Shown here one piece after another: positions 23,845 through 37,145 of a DNA stretch of 64,000 nt. Under the pieces are notes generated by a model. The model made no database searches. It had not been told where the DNA came from and was given only the letters and a program-made list of their open reading frames with translations. The position numbers and the translations under genes were made by a program. This stretch comes from Macrostomum lignano. Taxonomy: Eukaryota. How positions within the stretch are numbered: the stretch's first letter is position 1; each line of letters begins with the position of its first letter. The DNA is taken from positions 248,001-312,000 of the forward strand of contig NIVC01000769.1 of NCBI GenBank assembly GCA_002269645.1. Direction: 5' to 3'.

Positions 23845-26800
23845 ATGGCGGAAGCGCCAGCGGACTCTGGTGCCAATATTGATGAAGCGGTCAGCCAGCT
23901 GGCCGAAGAAGCGCGCCTACTTGGCGTTGAATTACGCAGCGGCGCTTGGCGCGCTCAACGGCGCCTTCAACAGCTGACAGAGCGACTCAAGCCGGTTGAA
24001 GCTGAGCAATGCCGACTTGGGCGGCTGCGCGTCGATGCCCCCGACCTGCCGAGTGCGGACCTGCTGCGCGGTCTTGCCGGCCTGATGCAGCGCAACGAGA
24101 TGCTGAGAGACCAAGTTGCTGAGCAGGAGTGCTCACTGCGACTACTGCTGGACCAGGTGCGTTGAGGCCCCCGTAGCTCCGCACTCGGCAACAGTTATTT
24201 TACAGTATAACTGCCAGTTGGTTAGGAGAGCCATGCTATTCCACCCACCCCTAGCAGCAGTGGCTCCGATTCGGATGCAGCAGGGAGATCCGGGTAGTGC
24301 CTGTGTCCGTCCTCAATGTTACGGACCAGTAGCACTTTGGTAGCGGACGAGCTGTCTGAAAATACAGGAGAGATCGGGGTTCGGGTCGATATAGTTAGTC
24401 TGTTCCGAGTAAAGGCGGGGCATTCGCTGATGAAGTGCTTCGCATTCACAATACTGGAGAGGCAGAATAGGCAGTTTTCAGTGCGGACTTTTTAGAAAGT
24501 TGATGTGTACTGACCAGGTGTTCTTGACACCTTGGGCTAGTTAACTAGGACTGGTTGAGATTGAAGAATTTTCGTCGAAATCCTTTAATAACTCTCGATT
24601 ATCTTGGCTGTAGTTAATTTGAATCTTGCTGACAATATAATGCAGGCAAGATTGAGGAATGTTGTGCCAAATGTTTACCGTCATGAAAATGCCTAATGGT
24701 CTTCAAACGGGGCTATGAGGCTGAAAGTCTATGAAGCTTTCAGGCCTGCCTCAAGTATCTTGCCAGTAACAGTGGGGTGTCAGTAACAGGAGACACCATC
24801 TACAGAGGCGCAGATCCCTGTGACTGATGCTGAAAGCTGTTTGGAACCAGCTGCTTTTCAGTGAGTGCATGACTACCTTTCAGCCTTTCAGGCGGGAAAT
24901 TGCAGGGAAAAGTTTTCGGGGCAATTCTCGGACTCTTCAGTAAAAATTGTTAATGTGTCTGTTTATGCTCACCAGTACGATCGCTAGATGCATACAGGGC
25001 ACATTTGTTCTCGCTAATTCACTGATTATCTTCACCGGCCGAAATTGCAGGTGTCAGTCTATCAGGCGGCGGAGCGCCTACCCGAGCTTGAGTCGGAGTG
25101 TCGCCGCCTCTCTGAGCAGCTGGCCAGACTGCCAGACTGCCAGACTGAGGCTTCGTCAGCGGCGTTTGGCGCCGATTCCACCGAGTTGCTGTTTCAACTG
25201 AAAGCAACTGGAGAGCAGGTGATTGAGGACGTTAAATTTTAGTTCTTCTTACACTGTGTCTTTTCGAAAACCCTCAAACTGCACTTGACTGTAGTGCTTT
25301 TACCGTTTCGTCTTTAGATGGAGCTGGCCTATTCGGTTGCTATGGAAACGCAGCGAAAACTGTTGGAACTCTTGAACTCTGCTGCAGAGGAGCACGAGCG
25401 GACTTCAGCCAGATTGGAGGATCTGTTGTCTGAAACAGAGCTGGAACCGAATCCAGTGGAGGCAACCGTCATGGTTAGTGCATGGGCAAATTGTACCGTG
25501 TCAGGATAGTTTAGAGCTAGCAAAGAAAAAAAAATCTTACGAAATTTTTTTTAGCTAAAAGCCGTTGCCAACAGAATTTTTCGCAATGCCAGGAATCGAA
25601 TCGATTTGAACAAAGAGTACCTTGGCGAGACCGCGATCAAAAGTCTGCTCCAGATTATTCGAGTGAGTAATTCGTTTATGATATTTATTGTTGTAAAATG
25701 AATAGCTTGAATGAAGGATATTTACATACCGATATAATAACTACGACCTATTTATACAGGAAGAGACGCTTCAAGCTGCAGGTAAAACCAACCAGTTGAC
25801 CGAAAGCAAAGCACGTGCGGCGGCGGCTTACATTGATAAACCGAATTCTGATGAGGCGGAGGCGCGCAGGAATTTAGAAATTTCTAGACAGGCTTTGGAT
25901 TATAGCGAACCAGAAGAGCTCATTGGAAAGCCGCATGGAGTTGAAGTGGAACCAAATTCAGCTGCATCAAGACCTGGTTCAGGAAATTCTGCCAGAAGTT
26001 GCACCCAGGCCAGTATCCCTGAAGATGCTAGTTCCGTTGTGTCCTCATTCGTGGATTTGATTTCGCATAGCAGTTCAGCTGACAAGGACCCAACAACTCT
26101 ACAAGTTTCCAATGGGACAAAGTCTGCTAACCAGTCTGAAGTTCCCACAGAGCCCCGAGTTGGTGAGCTTGTAGCAGCCACTGATCTCACCCAACAATCG
26201 TCTCGCAAAGGAGCGGAAGTTATTGAAAGCATATCAAAAGCTAGGGAGCTGAAAGTTCTCACAACAGACTCAAATGCTGTTGAGTTGGCAGAGGACGGCT
26301 TTTTGACCGTTCTTAATGACGATTCTGACCATTATTCGGTTTCTAGTGCAAAAGTTGGCCGATCAGTTGCAAGCACTCATCAAACGGACGTTGACCTGAG
26401 TCTGCTACTGGCTCCAAGCACAAAGTATTTTGATTCTGAGGAGAGAATTAAATACGAAGCTGCTACCTTTGATGAGATTTCGAGTGAAGAATCGTCTGAA
26501 ATCCGGTCAATTGTTTCGATTAAGCCCGGTGGAGATTCTGATGCTGTCACCGATTGTGTCAGCAGTGCCAGTGCGAACTCCAACAACAGACAACAGCTGG
26601 AACAGCTGCTTTGCTCCTCCAATCAAGGAAATAAAGATAGAAGTAGTTGCAACTACAAACGCGGAACCTGTGCAATCAAAGCTGATAATAGTGCGAAACT
26701 GAATTTGAGTATCCATTTGACTAGTAAAGTGGACCAATTTGCTGGAGATGAAAGTCTGAGGACAAGCTTCCTGTCATCCGCAGTGCATCGGGAGGAATAC

Positions 26801-29800
26801 GATTTTCCTACTAGTAGCAATACTACCAAAGACGGGTCGCTATCACGAAGCCAAGTTTCAAGCGAAAATGCTATGGTTGAAAGCAGGCTTATTTCGCAAG
26901 CCGGGGCTTCTCTAAATGAGGCTAATGATGAAAAGCTGACTTTGACGGAACCTGCCCCCGCCACAGTTGAAGGTATTGAAGAGAACCTACCGATATCGAA
27001 GATTGAAAGTTCGCACTGCGATTCTATCGTTGATGGCAGACAAGCTTTAGGAGCGAAAATCGCATCACTCGAAACTGGTATTGCTGTAGAGGTGCCCTTG
27101 CCTGACGCTAAAGCGTCCAAAGTGCAGGATGTCATGGAGGAAACCCCGAACTCAGCAAGAAAGTCCCTTGTAGCATCAAAGACAACATTGAAAAACAACT
27201 GGGCGTCAGAAATCCAAGCCTCTTCAGACGGAAGCATAATTAAAGGTGCGTCCACTACTGAGACAGATGTTTTAACTACAGAGTTTGTTCAGAGAGCAAT
27301 GCTGGCTTCTGAGACCAAAGCTTACCAGGATAAGTACAGTGAGTCGAATTTGGAATTAGAAGTTTCACATATGAAAGAAAGAGACTCGAATGCTGGGAGC
27401 AAACTCATATTGCCGAAGAGGGATTTAGAAGAGAAGCCGACCTCTCACTTACATACGCATGTGATGGATAATGTTGAAGAGAGGCGAAGCTCTATTGCTG
27501 AACATTCAATTTTGGCTAGTTTTGTTGCGAAGAATCCAAATTTTTCGGCCAATGTTTCACCAGTCAGTGAGTCTCAGGCTTGTAAAACTAAACTTCCGCA
27601 CATGAAGGCTGTGATGCAAGTTGAGTCATTTTTTGAAGCTGACATTTTTGCCAGTGCTGTTGAAAGCGAGCCGAACTTACAGTCGGATGTTTTACGTACG
27701 CAAAGCGCTTTAGAGGATATCTTCACCCCACAGACTAGAGGCACTGTTGAGCACGAGCCCACTTTGCCTTCTCGGATGTTTCCTAAAATCGCGGTGTTGA
27801 AAGAGGTTTCACAAATCGAAGCTCCAGCATCTACTAAGGGTAGTGTAGAAGATGAACAGACTTCTAAGAACCAATTCGCTTCTGTAGGCGAATGCTGCGA
27901 AGAAATTCCTACTTTTGAGACGCAAACTTTACAGGCTAAGGTAATCGATGAAGACAGACCCACGTCAGATAAGGCGTCTTTAACACTTTCCAGAAGTTGC
28001 AATCACGAAATTCAGAGCTTCCCTAAACAAAAGCCGACTTTTGAGAGCATTTTAAATGCGAATGACATTGCGAAACTGACGCTTACTCGAAAGGCCGAAG
28101 TTTCACGCGTGATAGACTCCGACGAAGAATCACTGATTTCAGTGACTGAAAATTCATCCGTAGTAAGCAGAACGAAAGAGAATCTGGCGTCTGGGACCGA
28201 CGCAGAAATACAGAGGATGAGAGTCCAGCTTCACAGACTCAAGATTTATGCGTGACGGGCACTTGAAAGAGACTCCAACATTAGAGACGGTTTTCAAACA
28301 ATTGGAATGAAAATCCTATACGAGCATAATTTTTCAGTAAGCCTAGATGAGACACCGACTGTAGAGACCGAAATTTCTCACGCATCGGAAACTACGGGTT
28401 CAGCCCCGACATCAGAGACTGAAGGCTCTATCCTTCAAACATTCCGATTCAGAGATCACACGTAGAAAATTCCAAAGAAACGCCGGAGGACTTATGTGTG
28501 ATGAATAGTACCGCGAAGAAACAGAAGTCAACGTCAGCGGCTGAAAATTCGCGTATAGGCATGATAAACACTAAGAAAACGTCTCCTATTACAGCAGATG
28601 TTCAGAGTTCAGCAGATGGAAGAATTCCAACATCAAGTATCAACGTTCTACGCGTCAAAGATGCCGAAGAACTGAATAAAACCCCTGAGTCCAAAGGTTC
28701 AAGCCTGATTGACGCCGCAGAAGATGCTCAAACTTCAGCGATAGAAATTTCAAAAGAATTAGAGACCGAATTTCACGCGTCATTGACACAGAGAAAGTGA
28801 ATCTGACTTCAAAGACGAAAGTTTTGCGCGTAATGGACCCTATGACGAATACTTCCGCTTTAAATGCCCAAACTTCGCTAGCACTGGGAATAGACTGTCA
28901 GGAAGAGACTTTGAAATCAGACACCGAAGGTTCAGTCAGTAAGGATGCTGAAGAAAATAATCTGTCATTCCGACAGCTTCCGACTTTAATGTCAGAATGT
29001 TTTCTCAGGGAGGATACTGAGGATAGAAAACTTACCTCAGAGACTGAAGGTTTAGGCCTGAATGAGGAGAATTTCACTTTAAAGAAAAGTAAAACGCCTG
29101 CAGGTTTTCAACAGTAGAGCCGGGTTCAAAGCGTGTCGGTCAGCCAGCTACTAGTGGAGCAGCTTCAGACACTGACAAGGTGGAGACGGATGCAGAGCGT
29201 GTCGATCAGCCAGCTAATAGTGCAGCAGCTTCAGATACTGACAAGGTGGAGCCGGATGCTGAGCGTGTCGATCAGCCAGCTAAGAGTGCAGCAGCTTCAG
29301 ATACTGACCTGGTGGAGCCGGATGCAGAGCGTGTCGATCAGCCAGCTAATAGTGGAGCAGCTTCAGATACTGACCTGGTGGAGCCGGATGCAGAGCGTGT
29401 CGATCAGCCAGCTAATAGTGGAGCAGCTTCAGACACTGACCAGGTGGAGCCGGATGCAGAGCGTGTCGATCAGCCAGCTACTAGTGGAGCAGCTTCAGAT
29501 ACTGACCTGGTGGAGCCGGATGCAGAGCGTGTCGATCAGCCAGCTAATAGTGCAGCAGCTTCAGATACTGACAAGGTGGAGCCGGATGCTGAGCGTGTCG
29601 ATCAGCCAGCTAAGAGTGCAGCAGCTTCAGACACTGACCTGGTGAAGCCGGATGCAGAGCGTGTCGATCAGCCAGCTAATAGTGCAGCAGCTTCAGATAC
29701 TGACCTGGTGGAGCCGATGCAGAGCCAGCTAATAGTGGACCAGCTTCAGATACTGACCTGGTGGAGCCAGATGCAGAGCCAGCTAATAGTGCAGCAGCTT

Positions 29801-32800
29801 CAGATACTGACAAGGTGGAGCCGGAGGCAGAGCGTGTCGATCAGCCAGCTAATAGTGCAGCAGCTTCAGACACTGACCTGGTGGAGCCGGATGCAGAGCG
29901 TGTCGAACAGCCAGCTAATAGTGCAGCAGCTTCAAGTATTAACCAGGTGGAGCCGGATACAGAGCCAGCTAATAATAGAGCAGCTTCAGACACTGACCAG
30001 GTGGAGCCGGATGCAGAGCGTGTCGATCAGCCAGCTAATAGTGCAGCAGCTTCAGATACTGACCTGGTGGAGCCGGATGCAGAGCGTGTCGATCAGCCAG
30101 CTAATAGTGGAGCAGCTTCAGATACTGACCTGGTGGAGCCGGATGCAGAGCGTGTCGATCAGCCAGCTAATAGTGGAGCAGCTTCAGATACTGACCTGGT
30201 GGAGCCGGAGCAGAGCGTGTCGATCAGCCAGCTAATAGTGCAGCAGCTTCAGACACTGACCTGGTGGAGCCGGATGCAGAGCGTGTCGATCAGCCAGCTA
30301 ATAGTGCAGCAGCTTCAGACGCTGACAAGGTGGAGCCGGAGGCAGAGCCAGCTAATAGTGGACCAGCTTCAGACACTGACCTGGTGGAGCCGGATGCAGA
30401 GCGTGTCGATCAGCCAGCTAATAGTGGACCAGCTTCAGACACTGACCTGGTGGAGCCGGATGCAGAGCGTGTCGATCAGCCAGCTAATAGTGGAGCAGCT
30501 TCAGACGCTGACCTAGTGGAGCCGGATGCAGAGCGTGTCGATCAGCCAGCTAATAGTGCAGCAGCTTCAGATACTGACAAGGTGGAGCCGGATGCAGAGC
30601 GTGTCGAACAGCCAGCTAATAGTGCAGCAGCTTCAAGTATTAACCAGGTGGAGCCGGATACAGAGCCAGCTAATAATGGAGCAGCTTCAGACACTGACCA
30701 GGTGGAGCCGGATGCAGAGCGTGTCGATCAGCCAGCTAATAGTGCAGCAGCTTCAGATACTGACAAGGTGGAGCCGGATGCAGAGCTTGTCGATCAGCCA
30801 GCTAATAGTGGAGCAGCTTCAGATACTGACCTGGTGGAGCCGGATGCAGAGCGTGTCGATCAGCCAGCTAATAGTGCAGCAGCTTCAAGTATTAACCAGG
30901 TGGAGCCGGATGCAGAGCCAGCTAATAATGGAGCAGCTTCAGACACTGACCAGGTGGAGCCGGATGCAGAGCGTGTCGATCAGCCAGCTAATAGTGGAGC
31001 AGCTTCAGATACTGACCTGGTGGAGCCGGATGCAGAGCGTGTCGATCAGCCAGCTAATAGTGGAGCAGCTTCAGATACTGACCTGGTGGAGCCGGATGCT
31101 GAGCGTGTCGATCAGCCAGCTAAGAGTGCAGCAGCTTCAGACACTGACCTGGTGGAGCCGGATGCAGAGCGTGTTGATCAGCCAGCTAATAGTGCAGCAG
31201 CTTCAGACGCTGACAAGCTGGAGCCGGAGGCAGAGCCAGCTAATAGTGGACCAGCTTCAGACACTGACCTGGTGGAGCCGGATGCAGAGCGTGTCGATCA
31301 GCCAGCTAATAGTGCAGCAGCTTCAGATACTGACAAGGTGGAGCCGGATGCAGAGCGTGTCGATCAGCCAGCTAATAGTGCAGCAGCTTCAAGTATTAAC
31401 CAGGTGGAGCCGGATGCAGAGCCAGCTAATAATGGAGCAGCTTCAGACACTGACCAGGTGGAGCCGGATGCAGAGCGTGTCGATCAGCCAGCTAATAGTG
31501 GAGCAGCTTCAGATACTGACCTGGTGGAGCCGGATGCAGAGCGTGTCGATCAGCCAGCTAATAGTGGAGCAGCTTCAGATACTGACCTGGTGGAGCCAGA
31601 TGCTGAGCGTGTCGATCAGCCAGCTAAGAGTGCAGCAGCTTCAGACACTGACCTGGTGGAGCCGGATGCAGAGCGTGTTGATCAGCCAGCTAATAGTGTA
31701 GCAGCTTCAGACGCTGACAAGGTGGAGCCGGATGCAGAGCCAGCTAATAATGGAGCAGCTTCAGATACTGACCTGGTGGAGCCGGATGCAGAGCGTGTCG
31801 ATCAGCCAGCTAATAGTGCAGCAGCTTCAAGTATTAACCAGGTGGAGCCGGATGCAGAGCCAGCTAATAATGGAGCAGCTTCAGACACTGACCAGGTGGA
31901 GCCGGATGCAGAGCGTGTCGATCAGCCAGCTAATAGTGGACCAGCTTCAGACACTGACCTGGTGGAGCCGGATGCAGAGCGTGTCGATCAGCCAGCTAAT
32001 AGTGCAGCAGCTTCAGATACTGACCTGGTGGAGCCGGATGCAGAGCGTGTCGATCAGCCAGCTAATAGTGGAGCAGCTTCAGATACTGACAAGGTGGAGC
32101 CGGATGCAGAGCGTGTCGATCAGCCAGCTAATAGTGCAGCAGCTTCAGACACTGACCTGGTGGAGCCGGATGCAGAGCGTGTCCATCAGCCAGCTAATAG
32201 TGCAGCAGCTTCAGATACTGACCTGGTGGAGCCGGATGCAGAGCGTGTCGATCAGCCAGCTAATAGTGCAGCAGCTTCAGATACTGACAAGGTGGAGCCG
32301 GATGCAGAGCGTGTCGATCAGCCAGCTAATAGTGGAGCAGCTTCAGACGCTGACCTAGTGGAGCCGGATGCAGAGCGTGTCGATCAGCCAGCTAATAGTG
32401 CAGCAGCTTCAGACGCTGACCTGGTGGAGCCGGATGCTGAGCGTGTCGATCAGCCAGCTAATAGTGCAGCAGCTTCAGACGCTGACCTGGTGGAGCCGGA
32501 GGCAGAGCCAGCTAATAGTGGACCAGCTTCAGACACTGACCTGGTGGAGCCGGATGCAGAGCGTGTCGATCAGCCAGCTAATAGTGCAGCAGCTTCAGAT
32601 ACTGACCTGGTGGAGCCGGATGCAGAGCGTGTCGATCAGCCAGCTAATAGTGCAGCAGCTTCAGATACTGACCAGGTGGAGCCGGATGCAGAGCGTGTCG
32701 ATCAGCCAGCTAATAGTGGAGCAGCTTCAGATACTGACCTGGTGGAGCCGGATGCAGAGCGTGTCGATCAGCCAGCTAATAGTGCAGCAGCTTCAGATAC

Positions 32801-34758
32801 TGACAAGGTGGAGCCGGATGCAGAGCGTGTCGAACAGCCAGCTAATAGTGCAGCAGCTTCAAGTATTAACCAGGTGGAGCCGGATACAGAGCCAGCTAAT
32901 AATAGAGCAGCTTCAGACACTGACCTGGTGGAGCCGGATGCAGAGCGTGTCGATCAGCCAGCTAATAGTGCAGCAGCTTCAGATACTGACCTGGTGGAGC
33001 CGGATGCAGAGTGTGTCGATCAGCCAGCTAATAGTGGAGCAGCTTCAGATACTGACCTGGTGGAGCCGGATGCAGAGCGTGTCGATCAGCCAGCTAATAG
33101 TGGAGCAGCTTCAGATACTGACCTGGTGGAGCCGGATGCAGAGCGTGTCGATCAGCCAGCTAATAGTGCAGCAGCTTCAAGTATTAACCAGGTGGAGCCG
33201 GATGCAGAGCCAGCTAATAATGGAGCAGCTTCAGACACTGACCAGGTGGAGCCGGATGCAGAGCGTGTCGATCAGCCAGCTACTAATGGAGCAGCTTCAG
33301 ATACTGACCTGGTGGAGCTAGATGCAGAGCGTGTCGATCAGCCAGCTAATAGTGGAGCAGCTTCAGATACTGACAAGGTGGAGCCGGATGCAGAGCGTGT
33401 CGATCAGCCAGCTAATAGTGCAGCAGCTTCAAGTATTAACCAGGTGGAGCCGGATGCAGAGCCAGCTAATAATGGAGCAGCTTCAGACACTGACCAGGTG
33501 GAGCCGGATGCAGAGCGTGTCGATCAGCCAGCTACTAGTGGAGCAGCTTCAGATACTGACCTGGTGGAGCTAGATGCAGAGCGTGTCGATCAGCCAGCTA
33601 ATAGTGGAGCAGCTTCAGATACTGACAAGGTGGAGCCGGATGCAGAGCGTGTCGATCAGCCAGCTAAGAATGCAGCAGCTTCAGACACTGACCTGGTGGA
33701 GCCGGATGCAGAGCGTGTTGATCAGCCAGCTAATAGTGGAGCAGCTTCAGACACTGACCAGGTGGAGCCGGAGGCAGAGCCAGCTAATAGTGCAGCAGCT
33801 TCAGACAGTGACCTGGTGGAGCCGGAGGCAGAGCCAGCTAATAGTGCAGCAGCTTCAGACACTGACCTGGTGGAGCCGGAGGCAGAGCCAGCTAATAGTG
33901 CAGCAGCTTCAGACACTGACCTGGTGGAGCCGGAGGCAGAGCCAGCTAATAGTGCAGCAGCTTCAGACACTGACCTGGTGGAGCCGGAGGCAGAGCCAGC
34001 TAATAGTGCAGCAGCTTCAGACACTGACCTGGTGGAGCCGGAGGCAGAGCCAGCTAATAGTGCAGCAGCTTCAGATACTGACCAGGTGGAGCCGGATGCA
34101 GAGCGTATCGATCAGCTAACTAAGAGTGGAGCAGCTTCAGGTGTTGATAAGGTGGATTTAAGTGCAGAGCCAGTTGATCACTCATCATCACAGTCCAGGG
34201 TAGTTACAGGTGTTTACCATGTAGAGCCAAAGGCAGGGCATTTCGTTCAGCCAGCTAAGAGTGAAGCACCTGTTGGTATTAACCAAGTGAAGCCCGGTGC
34301 AGAGCTTATTGATCAGTCAACTAATAGTGGATTGGATTCTGGTGTTTACGAGGTGGAACCGGAAGTAGAGCGTGTTGATCAATCATCTCAGTCCAGAGCA
34401 GTCGCAGGTGTTGACCAGGTGGAGCTAAATGCGGAACGTGTTGATCATCAAGATAAGAGTAAAGCAGCTTCAGGCGTTGACCAGGTGGAGCCGGATGCAG
34501 AGCGTGTTGATCAGCCAGCTAATAATGCAGCAGCTTCAGGTATTAACCAGGTGGAGTCGGATGCAGACCGCATCGATCCCGGTGACCAAAAAGTGAGAGC
34601 TAAATAATTTTTTGAACGTTGTAAATTTTAGCATTTAGGCATTTAATTACTGAAGGAGTTTAAAATTTGTTTCGAATTGGCTGTGCTCTGATTTACAGAG
34701 TTCTACGCTGTCGGCACTGTTTGCTCGCACCCTGCGACGCGGGTGCTGCCCGCTGTAG
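23845..34758 (+). CDS. Giant (about 3200 aa) protein: coiled-coil N-terminus, long acidic disordered region and a repeat tract; proposed exons 23845-24156, 25051-25218, 25318-25473, 25555-25662, 25760-34592, 34699-34758
   Basis: All proposed introns are phase-0 GT-AG and join in frame; exon 5 is broken by single-base deletions (for example near 28207, 28263, 29716 and 30209) while composition continues across them; the last exon is a hypothesis. Confidence 0.7.
24290..24520 (-). mobile_element. Decayed 3' fragment of a non-LTR retrotransposon ORF2 in intron 1 of the giant gene
   Basis: Minus-strand ENCLFCLSSIVNAKHFISECPAFTRNR is a C-x2-C-x8-H-x4-C knuckle typical of LINE ORF2 C-termini. Confidence 0.55.
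29115..34560 (+). repeat. Coding tandem repeat of 66-bp (EPDAERVDQPANSAAASDTDLV) and 54-bp (EPEAEPANSAAASDTDLV) units, roughly 85 units
   Basis: Directly visible; both unit lengths are multiples of 3; degenerates into unique in-frame sequence after about 34130. Confidence 0.95.
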
Positions 34759-35063
34759 CTGTGCGGGACAGACAAACTTCAAGAGAAAAAAGTAAAATTA
34801 GTAATAATTGTGCGCTGATTGGCAGCAATCGTAAAGAGCTGCGTTTACCTTAAGACTGAAAATTTTATTGAAATCGATTTGCCGCTGAAAATTATCTTTG
34901 ATCCTAAATTTTCAATCAATGTTGCGATCTCGATATTACATTTGAGTCTGATAGTACTCAACTGTTACCTGTAGCGCGTAGTTTGCATCACAGCTTATGA
35001 GCTGTCGCTTCTCCGACCTTATTTATCCCAAGAAGTTGGGATGCTATAGTTTTAAAGCAGCAT

Positions 35064-37145
35064 TCAGTCATGAGAAACAGGGATCCAATCTCCATAGGAA
35101 ATAGGGATACTATCCCCATGCAAAAAAGGGATACCATCCCCATGGGAAACAGGGATACCATCCCCATGGGAAACAGGGACACATCCCCATGGGAAACAGA
35201 GACACATCCCCATGGGAAACAGAGACACATCCCCATGGGAAACAGAGACACATCCCCATGGGAAACAGAGACACATCCCCATGGGAAACAGGGACACATC
35301 CCCATGGGAAACAGGGACACCATCCCCATGGGAAACAGGGACACATCCCCATGGGAAACAGAGACACATCCCCATGGGAAACAGGGACACCATCCCATGG
35401 GAAACAGGGACACCATCCCCATGGGAAACAGGGACACCATCCCCATGGGAAACAGGGACACATCCCCATGGGAAACAGAGACACATCCCCATAAGAAACA
35501 GAGACACATCCCCATGGGAAACAGAGACACATCCCCATGGGAAACAGAGACACATCCCTATGGGAAACAGAGACACATCCCCATGGGAAACAGAGACACC
35601 ATCCCCATGGGAAACAGGGACACATCCCCATGGGAAACAGGGACACATCCCCATGGGAAACAGGGACACCATCATCATGGGAAACAGGGACACATCCCCA
35701 TGGGAAACAGAGACACATCCCCATGGGAAACAGGGACACATCCCCATGGGAAACAGGGACACCATCCCCATGGGAAACAGAGACACATCCCCATGGGAAA
35801 CAGGGACACATCCCCATGGGAAACAGGGACACCATCATCATGGGAAACAGAGACACATCCCCATGGGAAACAGAGACACATCCCCATGGGAAACAGGGAC
35901 ACCATCCCCATGGGAAACAGGGACACCATCCCCATAAGAAACAGGGACACCATCCCCATGGGAAACAGGGACACCATCATCATGGGAAACAGAGACACAT
36001 CCCCATGGGAAACAGAGACACATCCCCATAAGAAACAGAGACACATCCCCATGGGAAACAGAGACACATCCCCATGGGAAACAGAGACACATCCCTATGG
36101 GAAACAGAGACACATCCCCATGGGAAACAGAGACACATCCCCATAAGAAACAGAGACACATCCCCATGGGAAACAGAGACACATCCCCATGGGAAACAGG
36201 GACACATCCCCATGGGAAACAGGGACACCATCATCATGGGAAACAGAGACACATCCCCATGGGAAACAGAGACACATCCCCATGGGAAACAGGGACACCA
36301 TCCCCATGGGAAACAGGGACACATCCCCATGGGAAACAGAGACACATCCCCATGGGAAACAGGGACACCATCCCCATGGGAAACAGGGACACCATCCCCA
36401 TGGGAAACAGGGACACCATCCCCATGGGAAACAGGGACACATCCCCATGGGAAACAGAGACACATCCCCATAAGAAACAGAGACACATCCCCATGGGAAA
36501 CAGAGACACATCCCCATGGGAAACAGAGACACATCCCTATGGGAAACAGAGACACATCCCCATGGGAAACAGAGACACCATCCCCATGGGAAACAGGGAC
36601 ACATCCCTATGGGAAACAGAGACACATCCCCATGGGAAACAGGGACACCATCCCCATGGGAAACAGGGACACATCCCCATGGGAAACAGGGACACATCCC
36701 CATGGGAAACAGGGACACCATCCCCATGGGAAACAGGGACACCATCCCCATAAGAAACAGGGACACCATCCCCATGGGAAACAGGGACACCATCATCATG
36801 GGAAACAGAGACACATCCCCATGGGAAACAGAGACACATCCCCATGGGAAACAGGGACACCATCCCCATGGGAAACAGGGACACCATCCCCATAAGAAAC
36901 AGGGACACCATCCCCATGGGAAACAGGGACACCATCCCCATGGGAAACAGGGACACCATCATCATGGGAAACAGAGACACATCCCCATGGGAAACAGAGA
37001 CACATCCCCATAAGAAACAGAGACACATCCCCATGGGAAACAGAGACACATCCCCATGGGAAACAGAGACACATCCCTATGGGAAACAGAGACACATCCC
37101 CATGGGAAACAGAGACACCATCCCCATGGGAAACAGGGACACAAT
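35064..37145. repeat. 2.1-kb minisatellite of interspersed 23- and 24-bp units (cacatccccatgggaaacagaga / caccatccccatgggaaacaggga)
   Basis: Directly visible; source of the many overlapping MGNRDT/MSLFPM ORFs. Confidence 0.97.

Noticed and set aside
29133-34119. Alternative-frame ORFs MQSVSISQLIVQQLQ...
   Set aside because: Shadow frame of the acidic repeat; it is interrupted by stops, whereas the acidic frame is continuous with the flanking unique coding sequence
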